A stretch of 64,000 bases of DNA from Camelus ferus (GCF_009834535.1 NC_045696.1:121584001-121648000), one strand, 5' to 3'; shown: positions 1 to 12,952, counted from the stretch's first letter. The notes: generated by a model not told the origin, from the letters alone. A program made the numbers and translations.

Positions 1-122
1 TAGGCATGAGCCACCCGGTCCCACTTGCTCGGCCCTGCAATAAACCTTTCTCTGCTCCACTCTGACGCTTCTGTTTGTTCGGCCTCAGATGCATCAGGCA
101 TGTGAACTTGCAGTTGGCAACA
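1..122 (+). mobile_element. 3' end of an ERV-type LTR, cut by the window edge
   Basis: AATAAA at 39-44 followed by a U5-like segment ending ...GTTGGCAACA. Confidence 0.6.
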
Positions 123-339
123 AACACAACACAGGTATCAACCCCGCCGTGTGCACTCATCGGCCTTTATCAGGCAGGCTTCCATAGTCAAGTGTGGAAC
201 AAGGAATGAGAAGTCCAAACTCAGGAAGGAGGCACAGATGCATTCAAGCCCAGCCTGGCCTTTTTTTGTCCTACTTCACAGAACTGTGATAAATATTCAA
301 GATAAACCATGTAAAGTCTTTAAAATGGATTCTGACTCG

Positions 340-411
340 GGTAGCTAGATTTAGCAAGCAAAAATAGAGGCAATCTGTATTTTATCTGGCAAGTCTCTAT
401 TTTATCTGGCA
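340..411. mobile_element. Internally deleted MER53-like DNA transposon relic
   Basis: AGATTTAGCAAGCAAAAATA...TATTTTATCTGGCAA resembles the two MER53 ends as recalled; TATTTTATCTGGCA is tandemly duplicated. Confidence 0.45.
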
Positions 412-1814
412 CAGTGTACCCTTGCAGTAAATTTTAGAAATTGTTATCTCGATTGAAAACACAGGACCCTCTGTCTCTCCATGGTGTCAGTTTCGGGAAA
501 AAACCAGAGCATGTCTTGCAGTGAGCATTTAATTGACTTATTTCTTCTCTCTGAAGCAGCAACTTGGTTTCAGAGATAGAAAGAGAGAGGAAGAAGCAGC
601 AGCTCTGTGTTAAACAAAATGGATATTGGAAAAGAGCAAATAAACTGAGAAGAAAAAAAATGCTTATTAGACAAGCAGTCTCTTAGAAGGAAATATAGCT
701 GTGTGTCCTTACCGCAATTTCCTCAAAATTTTGCATTGAGTCCTAGCTTGAATCCAGTTCTCAACAGCCTCCTGTGGCTTATTTAAGATGGGCAGAACTG
801 CTTTGGTAAAAGAAGGATGAGACTAAAGCCCGAGAGGCATCTGAAACACCCCATCCATTCTTCCAGCTGATACCCACACTCACCTCTTAGAGAAGCTATG
901 GCCACAGAAGTCATCCCTGGGTCTAAATACGGAAGCACGTGCCAGTGAAGCTGGTTGCCTTACAGCATGTTTTTCTCTTTCCCAAGATGAATGAGTAAAA
1001 AGAACTTAATGTTCTGCAACCCAAGGGAGCCTAGAGAACCAGTGATGCTCTGAATTGGCTTGTTTTCTAGGATGTTTCTCTTACAGGCTTTCTGAAGATG
1101 AATGATTGATGACATGTCTACACTCAGCTTGTCAAAACAGGATGGCTTTGAAAAGCAGGGGGAAGAGTCTGCTCTAGAATCTACTTGGATTGTGAACCTG
1201 AAATAGTGAGTCTCTTGTCTTAACCATAACAAAAATATTTAGTCACCATTTCCAGGCACAGTATTTAAAAAAAAAAAAAAGGAATGAAATAGATCACTGC
1301 CTCCTGGAGTATGGATAATAAATATCTTGAAAGGTACATTCATTAAAGTATAACGAGGTCCTGAATGAATTACAAAATCAATCTTTTCAAAGCATTGCTG
1401 AGCTCACAAGAAAGTAAGAACTAGGTCGTCAGAGGTGAAGGGAGCGGGGAAAGGCAGTAAACTGTAACCAAGAATGATGAACAATGAGGGAGGGCAAAAC
1501 CCGGGGCTTCCTGGGAAACAAATGCTAAACCAGCACGAGAAAAGGGGCGCTGGACCAGGGCAAGGCGGGACCCACCTCAATCCTCTGTATTAGGCTTAAA
1601 TTCCTCTGGCGGAAGTTAAAGTGGTCCCAGATCAGTAGCCCAACTGGCTCCCAGGAGAAACACACACTAACCCCCTCAGGGGACAGCAGCTCTGATGTAG
1701 GCCCCCAGTAATCTCACAGAGCAAGACCGATTAAATGTGGTCTCACAACACTAAATTACCAATACACAGGGGAGCGAATCACCATGAATAAAAGTAACAT
1801 AAAAATATACTGCA

Positions 1815-1925
1815 GGGAGGGAGGGTATGGCTCAGAGGTAGAGCACGTGCTTAGCATGCACAAGGTCCTAGGTGTCTCTGTCAAAAAAGAAATAAACCTA
1901 ATTACCCTCCAATTAAATAAATAAA
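1815..1925 (+). mobile_element. Vic-1-like tRNA-derived SINE, B-box segment missing
   Basis: GGGAGGGTATGGCTCAGAGGTAGAGCACGTGCTTAGCATGCACAAGGTCC, AAACCTAATTACC tail motif; ATATACTGCA repeated on both flanks. Confidence 0.85.
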
Positions 1926-1929
1926 TAAT

Positions 1930-2545
1930 TTTAGAATATATATATACTGCATTATCAGATATAGAATATAAGATATGAATGAACTGTTTCAAAAAAGATA
2001 AAACTAAAACTGAGTTTTTAAAAAGAGCATATCAAAAAAGAACTTGTGGAATTTAAAATAAGCAAATGGAAGTTTTAGGAATGAAAAATATAATAACTGA
2101 AAATAAAAACTCAATGGAGGTGCTAATAAAGAAAAAACTGCTTAATATAACTGAAGAGATATTAGTGAACTGGACAATACATGATATTCAAACAATTGGA
2201 CATTTATGCCAAAAAAAAAAAAAGAACCTTGACCCATATCTCACACATCATAAAAAATTACCACAAAATGGATAACATCTAAAGGCAAAAAGCTAGCCTT
2301 ATAAAACTTTTAGAAAAATATAAAAGAAAACATTTTGTGACATTGAGTTAGGCAAAGACTTCTTAAATATAACACCAAAAGCACAATTGATAAGAGAAAA
2401 AAACTGATAAATTGGGCTTCATCAAAACTTACAGTTTCTACTCTATACTTTGACCCTGTTAAGAGACTGAAAAGATAAGCCACACACTTGGGAAAAAAAT
2501 ATTAGCAACTTATATTTCTGATGTAGGAATTGTATTCCAAATATG
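1930..2545 (+). mobile_element. Old L1 (L1M-type) ORF1/ORF2 fragments
   Basis: A-rich; translated remnants MKNIITENKNSME (ORF1-like) and KNLDPYLTH (ORF2-like). Confidence 0.7.
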
Positions 2546-2549
2546 TAGA

Positions 2550-4345
2550 GAATTCTCAGAAAGAGAACTTAAGAAAAAAATCCCATTTACGATTACATCA
2601 AAAAGAATAAAACACCTAGGAATAAATTTAACCAAGGAGGTGAAAGACCTGTACATTGAACATTGTAAGACATTGATGAATAAACTGAAGAACACACAAT
2701 TAAATGGAAAGATATTCTATGCTCATGAACTGGAAGAATTAATATTGTCAAAATGTCCACACTACCCAAAGCAATATACAGATTCTGTGCAATCCCTATG
2801 AAAATTCAATGACAACTTTCAACAAAATGGAACAATCTTAAAAAGTATATGGAACCACAAAGACCCTGAATAGCCAAAGCTGTAGGCATCACACTACCTG
2901 ATTTCAAACTATATTACAAAAGTGTAGTAATCAAAACACTATGGCATCGGCATAAAAGACACATAGGTCAATGGAACACAATAGAGAGCCCAGAAGTAAA
3001 CCTATTATATCTGGTCAATTAATTTACCACACAGGAGCAAAGAATAGGCATGCAGTAGGGAAAGGATAGTCTCTTCAATAAATGATGTTGGGAAAACTGG
3101 ACAGACACATGTAAAAGAATGAAACTGGACCCTATCTTCCACTCTACACAAAAATGGATTAAAGACCTAAATGTAAAACCTGAAACCATAAAACTCCTAG
3201 AAGAAGAAATACAGCTTAATCAACTTGACATCAGTCTCCGCAATGACATTTCAGATTTGACACCAAAAGCAAAGGCCACAAAAGCAAAAATAAACAAGTA
3301 GGATTACCTCAAACTATAAAGCAACAAAATGAGAAGGCCACCCATGTAATGGGGGAAAGTATTTGCAAATCATACCTTGGAGAAGGAATTACTCTCAAAA
3401 ATATATAAGGAACTCACAACTCAATAGCAAAAACCCATACAATCCAATTTTTAAATGGGCAGAGGAATTGAATAAATATTTTTCCAAAGAAGACATACAA
3501 ATGGCCATCAGGTACATGAAAAGGTACTCAGTTTCACTAATCAGGGTAATGAAATAAAAACCACAGTAAGAAATCACCTCACACCTGTTAGAATGGTTGT
3601 CATCAAAAAGATAGGAAAGGAGGTGGGAAAGGATAAACTGGGAATTTGAAATTTTCACCCCTTGGGGAGTGATGGAAATGTTAGCTATCTTGATCGTGGT
3701 AGTGGCTTCATGGGTGTATACATCTGTCAAATAAATACATAAATTTTAAAAAGATGAGAGTCAGTAAGTATTGTCAAGGATGAGGAGAAGAGGGAACATT
3801 CATGCACTGGTAGAAATGCAAACTGGTGCAGCCACGGTGGAAAACAGTACAGAGTTTCCTTAAAAACTTAAAAGTAGAAAAGAAGGAAATCCTGCCATTT
3901 ACCACAACATGAGTGAAACATCAGGCTAAGTGGAATAAGTCAGACAGAGAAAGAAAAATACTGTATGTTCTCACTTACATGTGAAATCTGAAAAACTGAA
4001 CTCATAGAAACAGAGAACAAATTGGTGGTTTCCAGAGATGGGGGGTGGGGATGGGGAAAAGAGGGAAACTGTTCAAAAATTACAAACTTCCAGATACAAG
4101 ATAAATAAGTTGTGAGGATGTAATGTACCACATGGTTAATAACACTACATGATATATTTGAAAATTGTGATCAGGGTAATCTTAAAAGTTCTCATCACAC
4201 ACAAAAAATTATAACTATTTTTAGGTGATGGCTATCAACTTAACTTATGGTGGTGATCATTTCACAATATCTACGTATATCAAATCATTATGTTGTACAC
4301 ATTAAACTAATACAATGTTATACGTCAATTATATCTCAGTAACAC
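2550..4345 (+). mobile_element. L1 (L1MA9-like) 3' part of ORF2 plus 3' UTR, degenerate
   Basis: ORF2 remnants MKLDP..KWIKDLNVKPETIKLLEE and [18 protein letters not shown]; 3' UTR ends TGTTATACGTCAATTATATCTCAGTAA. Confidence 0.9.
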
Positions 4346-4369
4346 TGAGGGGGTGGGGTGGGTGGGAAG

Positions 4370-5080
4370 CAATTCAATGGAGGAAGATTCGCTTTTAAAC
4401 AAATGGTCCTGAGCAATTTGACACGCGTAGCCAAAAATGAACCTTGGCGTAAACCTCACCTTACACAAAAAATTAATTCAAATAGATCATGGATTTAAAT
4501 GCAACATGTAAAACTATGAAACATTTTCAGAAATAAGAGAAAGTATTCAAGACGAAGGGCTTAGAGTCTTAGACACGGCATCACAAGCATGATCTACAAG
4601 AGGACAATTTGATTAACTGTGCCCATCAAAATTAAAAACTTCCACCTTGTGAAAAGTATATGGGCTGCAGAAAATGTTTGTAAACCATTGTATACAACAT
4701 ACTTGAAGTGACAAAATTATAGACACAGGGAACAGATCAGGGTTGCGGGGGCAAGAATGAAGATGGTTAGGGTTATAAAAGGGTAGCATTGATGGAACCA
4801 TCACTTGATTGTGGTGGTGGTAACAAATCTACACATGATAAAACTTCATAGAACTAATATCCCCCACCACAACACACACACACATATGCATGAGTGTAAG
4901 CAAAATTTGTGCAATCTAACTAAAACCAGCAAATTATACTGATGCCCATATCCTGCTTGTAATATACTATATCTCTGCATGATTACCGTTGGGAGAATGT
5001 AGGTACAGAGTGGGATCTGGCTGTACTATTCCTTATGACTGCATGTGAATCTACAATTATCTCAAAAGAAAAAGAGTTTG
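4370..5080 (+). mobile_element. L1MC/MD-like ORF2 fragment and 3' end
   Basis: AAATGGTCCTGAGCAATTTGACA ORF2-like segment; 3' end GCATGTGAATCTACAATTATCTCAAAA. Confidence 0.75.
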
Positions 5081-5239
5081 TATATATACATATATTTTCA
5101 TGCAATATAATTTTAATTATATAAAATCCAAACTTGTGTTTGACTATCATTTTTAGGAATAAAAATGAATGTGGCAAAGATGCAAACAAACACAAGGGAT
5201 GACTGACCCTCATATTTCCAGTTCAGTCACCAGTTCTTC

Positions 5240-7440
5240 CTGTAGTTCTGTGATTCATTTTGCAACCATTTTCCTTCATCTGAAAGAATTCCCTTGAGTA
5301 ATGTTTGTCGTTTCAGTCAGCTGACGACAAATGCTCTCTTTATTTGTCTGAAAATGACCTTATTTCTGATTTTTAGTTTACCTATGCTTTTATGAGGCCT
5401 ATTTTTGTTGGATACAGAATAATATATTTGTTTTTTTTCTTTCCTGCATAAAATATATTTTAAAGCATTCTTTACTCCTAAGCCATTCAAAAAGTGTTGG
5501 AGGCTATATTTGGCTCATAAACTATAATTACACTTAATGTAATTATTGTTATATTAGGATTCATCTGGCATTTAGTTGTTTTCTGTTTGTTACCTCTGTT
5601 TTCCACTTCTCTGTCTCCCCTTTCCTGCCTTCCTGTGGGCTCCTTGAACATTTTTTAATATTCCAGTCTCACGTATTTTAGTGAGTTTGAGTTTCTGTGA
5701 TGTGCGTGGTGGATTTAATTTGCTGGTTGCTGTGGGGATTACAGTATCTGTTCTTATCAGTCTACTGGTGTCAACACTGTGTCCCTTCCAGTGGAATCTA
5801 GAAACCTTACCACCATTTATGTCCCTTTATCCTCCCTTGTTCATGACCCAGTTGTTGTAAACATTATCTCTATATACATCAAAAACTGCGTCAGAAGGTG
5901 TTTTCATTTTATCTTTGGCCATCAGACACAATTTTTGTACGTCCAGCAGAGAAAAACAGCCCGCTGTATTCGCCCCGCCCCTCCCTGGGCTCTTACTGCA
6001 TCCTCACTTCCCGCGTTCCCTTCCGTTATCACTTACTGTCTGAAAAACCTCCGTTACCACTTCTTTCACAGTCGTTCTGCTGCAGAGAGACTCTCTCAGT
6101 TTCCACCACCTCAGAATGCCTTTCTTTACCTTCCTTCCTGGAGAATACTTACGCTAGATAAAGAACTCTCGGTTGGCAGTTCCTTTCTTTCTGTTCTTGA
6201 AGAATGCTGATTCACTTTTGGCTGAACTCTGTAATTTCTGAAGAGGAATCCATCATCAGTAAACTCACTGATGCCTTATAACTGTTGTGTCATTTCTCTC
6301 TGGCTGCTTTTAAGGTTTTGGGGGGTTTTTTTATCTTTAATTTTGAGGAATTTGACTATGATGCGTCTGGGCAAGGATTTCTTTTAAGTTCTTTTTTTAG
6401 GGGGTTGGCTTACCTTCTTAAACTTCTGGGTTTGCATCTCTTGCTAAATTTTTAAGATTTGAGCCATTATTTCTTTTTTTATATAATTTTTTTTACTGAG
6501 TTATAGTCAGTTTACAATGTTGTGTCAATTTCTAGTGTACAGCACAGTTTTCAGTCATACGTAAATATACGTATATTCATTTTCATATTCTTTTTCACCA
6601 CGAGCTACAAGATCTTGTATATGTTTCCCTGTGCTATACAGTATAAACTTGTTTATCTATTCTATATATACCTGTCAGCATCTACAAATCTTGAACTCCC
6701 AGTATGTCCCTACCCACCCCAATGCCCCTGGCAATCACAAGTTTGTATTCTATGCCTGAGTCTGCTTCTGTTTTATATTTAAGTTCATTTGTCTTTTGGT
6801 TTTGTTTTTTTTTTAGATTCCACATATGAGTGACATCATATTGTATTTTTCTTTCTCTTTCTATGAGCCATTATTTCTTTAAATATTTTTTCAGCCTTGC
6901 ATTCTTTCAGCTTTTCCTTTAGAACACGTATGTCAAAAATGAATCATCTTTTGTTATTGTCCCAAAGGTCCTTGAATTACTTTTCTACTTCAATTTCTAT
7001 CTGATGTTCACATTTGATCATTTCTGTTGATGTTTCTTTAAGTTCACTGATTCTTTCCTGACTATTACATTTCTGTTCGTGAGCCTATCCCGTGTTTTTT
7101 AAAATTTCAGTTATTATATCTTTTATTTATAAATTTCAGTTTGCTTCTTCTTTATATCTTCTATTTCTTTTCTCAGACTTTCTATTTTTCTGTTTGTTTC
7201 AAGAACACTTGTGATTGTAATTTTTGGATCATTTTTTGATAACGGCTTTAAATTCTTATCCGGTAATTCTAACATCTATCTCAACTCAGTGTTTGCTCCT
7301 ATTGCTTGTTTTCTCTGATTCAAGTTGCTATTTTCTTGCATCTTGGTATGACTGCTAATTTTGGACTGGATTCTGGGCTTTTCAGTAAAGTTATAAAACT
7401 CTTGTTGTTGTTTAAATCTTCTATTTAGCAGTTTAGGTTA
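5240..7440 (-). mobile_element. Old L1 (L1M/L1ME-like) on the minus strand, interrupted by a younger L1 fragment
   Basis: T-rich with typical antisense L1M motifs (GCCATTATTTCTTTAAATATTTTTTC, TTTAAGTTCACTGATTCTTTCC). Confidence 0.65.
6477..6863 (-). mobile_element. 5'-truncated young L1 3' end with a perfect 17-bp TSD
   Basis: TGAGCCATTATTTCTTT at 6460-6476 and 6864-6880; homologous to L1 3' UTRs at 14.9-15.3 and 51.6-52.0 kb. Confidence 0.92.
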
Positions 7441-7819
7441 GAAGGCATAGCCTAGCTTTTTTTGTGGGTTGTGATTTGTATGTCCATTTAGATGTAAAAC
7501 CTTTGCAGGGGTCATCTGGCCTGCCCTTCTTGATACCAGAGGTCCGTTTGAAACCTGCGAGTCCTCTATGCCATAGTTCAGTTTCTCAGTACTGAGTTGA
7601 TTCCAGTCAGTTCCACTCATGGGCCACTCAGCAGTGTGCCCAGGACTTCATAACACATTTAAAGAACCCCTTTCTCCTGCTTCCCTGTCTTTACCCTTTC
7701 CTCCACTCTAGTTGGGAGAAAAAGGAATAACAGTTCTTTGCTGTCATTTGCTTAATGTAGAGCAGTGATGGTAGGCAGGGTTCCAGCTTGCAGTCTCCAT
7801 GGCACCTGGTGTTTTGTTC

Positions 7820-7852
7820 GTGTGTGTGTGTGTGTGTGTGTTTGTGTGTGTG
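7820..7852. repeat. (TG)n microsatellite
   Basis: Direct reading. Confidence 0.95.
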
Positions 7853-7864
7853 CCGGAGTGCCTT

Positions 7865-8370
7865 CTCTCTTCATAGCTTCATTGGTCACAACAGCAAATA
7901 CTGGAAACAAGCACAGTATTCTTGTGTAGGAGAATGGCTAAATTTTCAGGAGGAACCACACAAAAGAATATGATACAGTATTAAAAATAGTTGAACTATA
8001 GCTATACACATATAGATACCTATACACATGGTTGAGTGAAAAAGATTAAGCCACAAGACCCATATATAGCAGGTCCCATTTCTCTAAAGCACAAAACTAA
8101 ACTATGTATCATCTACAAAAACATACATATATGTTAGAAAATTGTTTTATGAAAAGTGAAGGAAATCATAAAATTCAGGATCACAATTCCCTCCAGGGCA
8201 GGTACAGGGGGATGCAGTGAAGGATGGGGTGGGCACCCAGGAACCTTCATGGTGCTGGTAATTGTCTGTTTCCAACTGAGGTGCTAGGTTCACCAAATTT
8301 GTTTTCTTATGCTCACTAATTCCATCTATGTCAAATATTTTTATTTATCAAATACTATGTACATATCTTA
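7865..8370 (+). mobile_element. Old L1ME-like 3' fragment
   Basis: AGCAAATACTGGAAACAA..GTAGGAGAATGGCTAAAT and 3' UTR-like segments. Confidence 0.55.
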
Positions 8371-8990
8371 ATTAGATAGATTCCATATTTGCTAATACAA
8401 AAATATCTGTAATGCATAGTATATAAAAGCAAAACAAGGGGCAGACTATTATGTATAGCACAGTCCTGCATTTTAAATACACTCTTTAATTTACATTTAT
8501 ATAATTACACAGAAGAGCATTGAGGAAGTCTGGAAGGGTGTATCACAGTCTAGAGAGTAGCTAAGTTTAGGGAGTGGGACAAGATGTAGGGAGACTCTCC
8601 CTAACAACTTTTTGTAACACTACTTTTTTAGTTTTATAATGAAGTTAATGTTTTTATTTAATTTTTTAAAAGAAAGGGAAGAAATATCATGTCAATGCCT
8701 GTCACAAGACTCTGTTATGTCACATGAGTTCAAGGTGTTAATAGGCAGCATCAATTCCTTTCACCCACATGGCTGTCCTCTCATAGGAGATACATCAACA
8801 TGACTTCCCAGCCTGGGGAGTAGCTGTGGGAGATCAAACTACTGAAGCCAGGACTGAACCCCACACCCTCTGAGTCTGGGCTGCTTCTCACCCTCCAGAA
8901 CCACCATGGTCATGACCTGCTGGCCTTCCCAGAGGACCTTCAGGTACAAGAAGGCAAGGGCAAGCCCCACAGCCAGCAGTTCATTTGTGG

Positions 8991-9266
8991 TTTTTTTTAC
9001 ATTCCACATATGAGTGATCTCATATGGTATTTTTCTTTCTCTTTCTGGCTTACTTCACTTAGAATGACATTCTCCAGGAGCATCCATTTTACTGCAAATG
9101 GCGTTGTGTTGTTGTTTTTTATGGCTGAGTAGTATTCCATTGTATAAATATACCACTTCTTTATCCAGTCATCTGTCGATGGACATTTAGGCTGTTTCCA
9201 TGTCTTGGCTATTATAAATAGTGCTGCTATGAACATTGGGGTGCAGGTGTCTTTTTGAAGTAGGGT
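8991..9266 (-). mobile_element. Young L1 fragment (ORF2 C-terminus), ending at the internal A-tract
   Basis: ORF 8997-9236 MFIAALFIIAKTWKQPKCPSTDDWIKK...YTMEYYSAIK is the L1 ORF2 C-terminus. Confidence 0.92.
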
Positions 9267-9878
9267 GGGACTCTAATATTCTTGAAGGCAGATGACAGAG
9301 AAGCAGAGGTTCTAGCTTCCCTCCAGGACCCTTGGCTGAAGCAACTGACTGGTTATAAACTCTGCCTCACCCATGTCTGTATGAGCATAAAGCAGGGCAT
9401 CTCCAAGGTGTGTCAGAGAGCACCCATTGCTCAATCATGTGACCAGTTAATTCTTGGTGTAGACACTGCTCATACCTGCCAAATGGCCATTTCCCATCTT
9501 CACTCACACATCCCACCCTCCTGCTCCCCTCAACTCACACTCATGCTTCCTCCTCACTAACCTGACTGGTTCAGGGTAGCAGTACAGCCATCCAAAGTTG
9601 TAACTTCCCAGCCTCCCCGGTAGACAGTGGTGGTCCTACGGCACATGCCTGATCAATGAAATATAGGCAAAAGTCCCTGGATAAAAAGCCTAGTCTTGCT
9701 GAAAAGACATCCTTCCACCATTCATTTTTATTCCTGCAATCATGAGACCTGGAGACATAGCCACCTTGCCATCTTCAACCAGAAGGATGACCCAGGAAGG
9801 ATGGAGAGAGGGAAGACAGAGCCTGAGTCCCCAGGGCCACCATTGGGCAGCTGCACCACTGCCTCTGTGCTTTGTATT

Positions 9879-10908
9879 TATTTATTTTATTTTTATTTTT
9901 TAAATTTTAATCAGTGCTTTTTCTTTGAACTTCAATTGTACTTTTTTTTGTTTTTATTTTACATTTTTATTTATTTGTTTATTTTTAATTTTATTTTTCA
10001 TTGAAGTGTAGTTGATTTACCATGTTAGTTTCAGGTGTACAGCAAAGTGATTCAGTTATACATATACATATACATTCATACATACTTTTAGAATTGGAAA
10101 GAAAGGAAGGACCAGAGGCAGCTCAATGGCTGTCAGTTTATCACGAGAAACACAGAAAGGATCCTCAGTCAGACTGAAGCCCGCACTCCGCCTACAGGCT
10201 TGGTTATTTATACCTAGGGTTAGGAGCTGACTGGTGGGTTCTTATGCAAATGAGGGGTTCTGAAAGTGAAAGAGGTGTGTCTGAAGGAGAAAAGGGTGTA
10301 TGGGATGAACTTTCCAGCCAGTAGCTCTGACTCAGGTCCAGGGGGGGTTTTACAGGGAGAAGGCAGAAGTTGTTATGCAGATGAGGTATGCTGAAGGGTA
10401 AATGCTGATTGGTGGGTTTTGCAGAAGGCTGAGGTTGTGGACTGCGGCTGGCTCCGCTTGTCCCAAAATAGCAGCAGATGATCAAAGTGGATTTGGTCGT
10501 GTCTATCACATACATATATATATGCTTTCTTTTCAGATTCTTTTCCACTGTATGTTATTACAAGGTATTCAGTATAGTTCCCTGTCTATCCAGTATGTCC
10601 TTGTTGTTTGTCTATTTTCTACATAGTTTGTCTATTTGCTACATAGTAATCTGTCAATCAGCACTTTATTAAGAGGTGTTCACTGCTTTGGAAAATCACA
10701 TGACCAAAGGCAATTCTGCTCCTGGATTAGAGTCACCAGGAAGTCAACACGTGGCTATCAGTCTGCGTGTGTGGCCATTGTTTCACAGTGATTCTACACG
10801 GAGAGCCAAACATCTCTCATTAGGTGTCTAGTGTAATGGTGGATATTGATGATGTAATTGAATGTATACTATATATATAACATATACATAGAGAAGCATA
10901 TATATTTT
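9879..10908 (-). mobile_element. Chimeric retrotransposed insertion (unique sequence + L1 3' end + short 3' flank + poly-A)
   Basis: Perfect 19-bp TSD TGCCTCTGTGCTTTGTATT at 9860-9878 and 10909-10927; T-rich tail at the left end. Confidence 0.85.
10086..10508 (-). mobile_element. Solo LTR-like element nested in the L1 3' fragment
   Basis: CATAC repeated at 10081-10085 and 10509-10513; ends in CA; TATAAATA and CCAAT on the minus strand; octamer ATGCAAAT; L1 sequence resumes on both sides. Confidence 0.65.
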
Positions 10909-11467
10909 TGCCTCTGTGCTTTGTATTAAGTGAGAAAAACAGACACCTTTTTTAAACTTCTCTCAGTTGGCCTTTCTTTTGTTTTCAGGGGAACATGTTC
11001 CTAATTAACAAGAGAAACTTTCTAAGGGACATTGGGACATATAAGTCCCATCAGTTCATCTCAGCTGTCTGCTGGGGAGATAGTGAAGGCAAATAAGAAT
11101 GATGAAGAAGTTCTGGCATGATGACACAGAGGGATGATGTTTACTGATACATCATCATTTTGACATAAGTAGAAAAGGCTAATGGCATTTTAAAGGCAGC
11201 AAACTGTGGACATGACTCCTGCAGGGTGACTCAATCTATTCCCCTATGATATTTACTGAGCCCCGTTCTGCACCCAGCTTCCTCTTCCTCCTTCTTTTGT
11301 CAATACTATTGTCTGGAACGCCACAATTATTCATTGGTTAAAAAAAGGAAACTTGCCTCCAAGGATCTCAAAGTGCTTCAACAATATCTCTGCGGGAAAC
11401 ATCACATGTTGATTTACTGGGAACTCTAAGTTATACACTCACTTAGCAATGGAAGTAGAAATAGATA

Positions 11468-11978
11468 TGTAATAGGCAAGAACAAATCTGACTCCGAATC
11501 AGATCTGTTCCTCTAGTTCTAACCCTGTACTTGGTTTCCTGTGCTTAGTGTTGCTGGTTCTCCACCTTTTGTAAAAGCATGGTCCCTCTACCCTCAAACA
11601 GACAGGAGAGCCCATTCCCCAGGCTCCGACCTTTAAGGGTAGAACACGTTCCCATTCCCATGAAGATACAAAATTGCAGAACAGAAAATAACTCTTGTCT
11701 TGTTGGAGGTTTACAGGAACACCACGACCTGACCTAGGTGGACAGCTGCAAAAACAAAGGATTCCCACACCAAGAAGTTTGCACCAACCAACGACACCTT
11801 TTTAGTATAAAAGGAGCCTGAATTCTGACTTAGGGAAGATGGTTCTCCAGGACGGTAGTCTCCCATCTTCTCGGTCCACTGGCTTTCTGAATAAAGTTGT
11901 TATTCCTTCCCCAACATCTCATCTCCCAATTTATTGGCCTGTCATGCAGCAAGCAGAACGAGTTTGGACTCAGTAAGG
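11468..11978 (+). mobile_element. ERV1 solo LTR, MER41-like
   Basis: Starts TGTAATAG; TATAAAA and AATAAA present; 4-bp TSD GATA; homologous to 48903-49253. Confidence 0.85.
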
Positions 11979-12425
11979 GATACATATCTATTCTACTTTA
12001 TTTGGAACTCCTACTGATTGTTGTCCTATGGACAACAAACTTTGAAAGCCAAGTAAAACTGAGCTGAGTTTCTAGCCCCCACAAAATAACACATCTAATG
12101 CTAACCATGGTCATGTTATGCTGCTTGATAATTATTTCTAAGTCATAACTGATACATGTGAATGATGGCAACAACTTGCATATGAACAAGCCACTTTTTC
12201 AGTCTTTCTCCTTGTCTTGTTGGTTTTCCAATGTCTAGAATTAGCAGCAAAAACCGTGATGATGTTATTATTATTTTAACATCATCACATCCGCAGACAA
12301 ATGTTCATTCAGAAAATATAAAGTAGACTGAACACCTGGACCTTCCCCCAGCAAAGGAGGGTAACTCTTGTTCCTGGCCTGCCCCCAGGGCCCCTGTACC
12401 AGATCTTAAAATATTATTATTACTG

Positions 12426-12515
12426 TTGTGGTGGTGATGGGGGTGATGGTGGTGGTGATGGTGGTGATGGTAGAGGTGGTGATGATGGTGGTAGTGGTGG
12501 TGGTCATGGTGGTGG
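12426..12515. repeat. (GGT/GAT)n degenerate trinucleotide repeat
   Basis: Direct reading; explains the poly-His ORF 12305-12532. Confidence 0.9.
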
Positions 12516-12914
12516 CAGGCTTCCATGTGCATGTATGCTTCACAGTTTCAGAGTAGCCAAGGGCAAGCCCAGATCAAAGCCAGAGAGCTGTACTGGGTGT
12601 CAGGTAAAGAGATGCAAAGGCAGTTTGTAAACAGACCACAGAGTTCCTGAGTTTCTTAGTTCCTGGCTTTGCGGTCTGTCTACAAATTTTTGCCTTCTAC
12701 AGTCCAGACTTCTACCGTCCAGGAAAGCCTTGTTGGCATATTCCTTGAAATTGGCCTCCCTGTCCTCCTCTTCACCTTTGAGCCATGCCCTTGCATGGAG
12801 ACTCTGGTTTGACAAGGTCCCCAGGTAGCTTGAGAAGAAAGAGCCCCTCCCTACAGGCAAAGAAGCTACTTGTCCCGCCATGCCTAGTGAGAGCATCAGC
12901 ACTTCCTCTCCCTT

Positions 12915-12952
12915 CTACCGATTCTCCTCCCTCCTACCGATTCTCCTCCCTC
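12915..12952. repeat. Perfect 19-bp tandem duplication
   Basis: CTACCGATTCTCCTCCCTC twice. Confidence 0.9.

Larger units (their letters stand above)
9560..11010 (+). mobile_element. Old MLT1-type (MaLR) LTR split by a 1030-bp insertion
   Basis: GCCATCTT..GAGCCTGAGTCCC..GCAGCTGCACCA resumes at 10928 with GTGAGAAAAACAGAC..TTCCTAATTAACA. Confidence 0.55.

Noticed and set aside
12305..12532. Poly-His ORF
   Set aside because: (GGT/GAT)n simple repeat with no gene context
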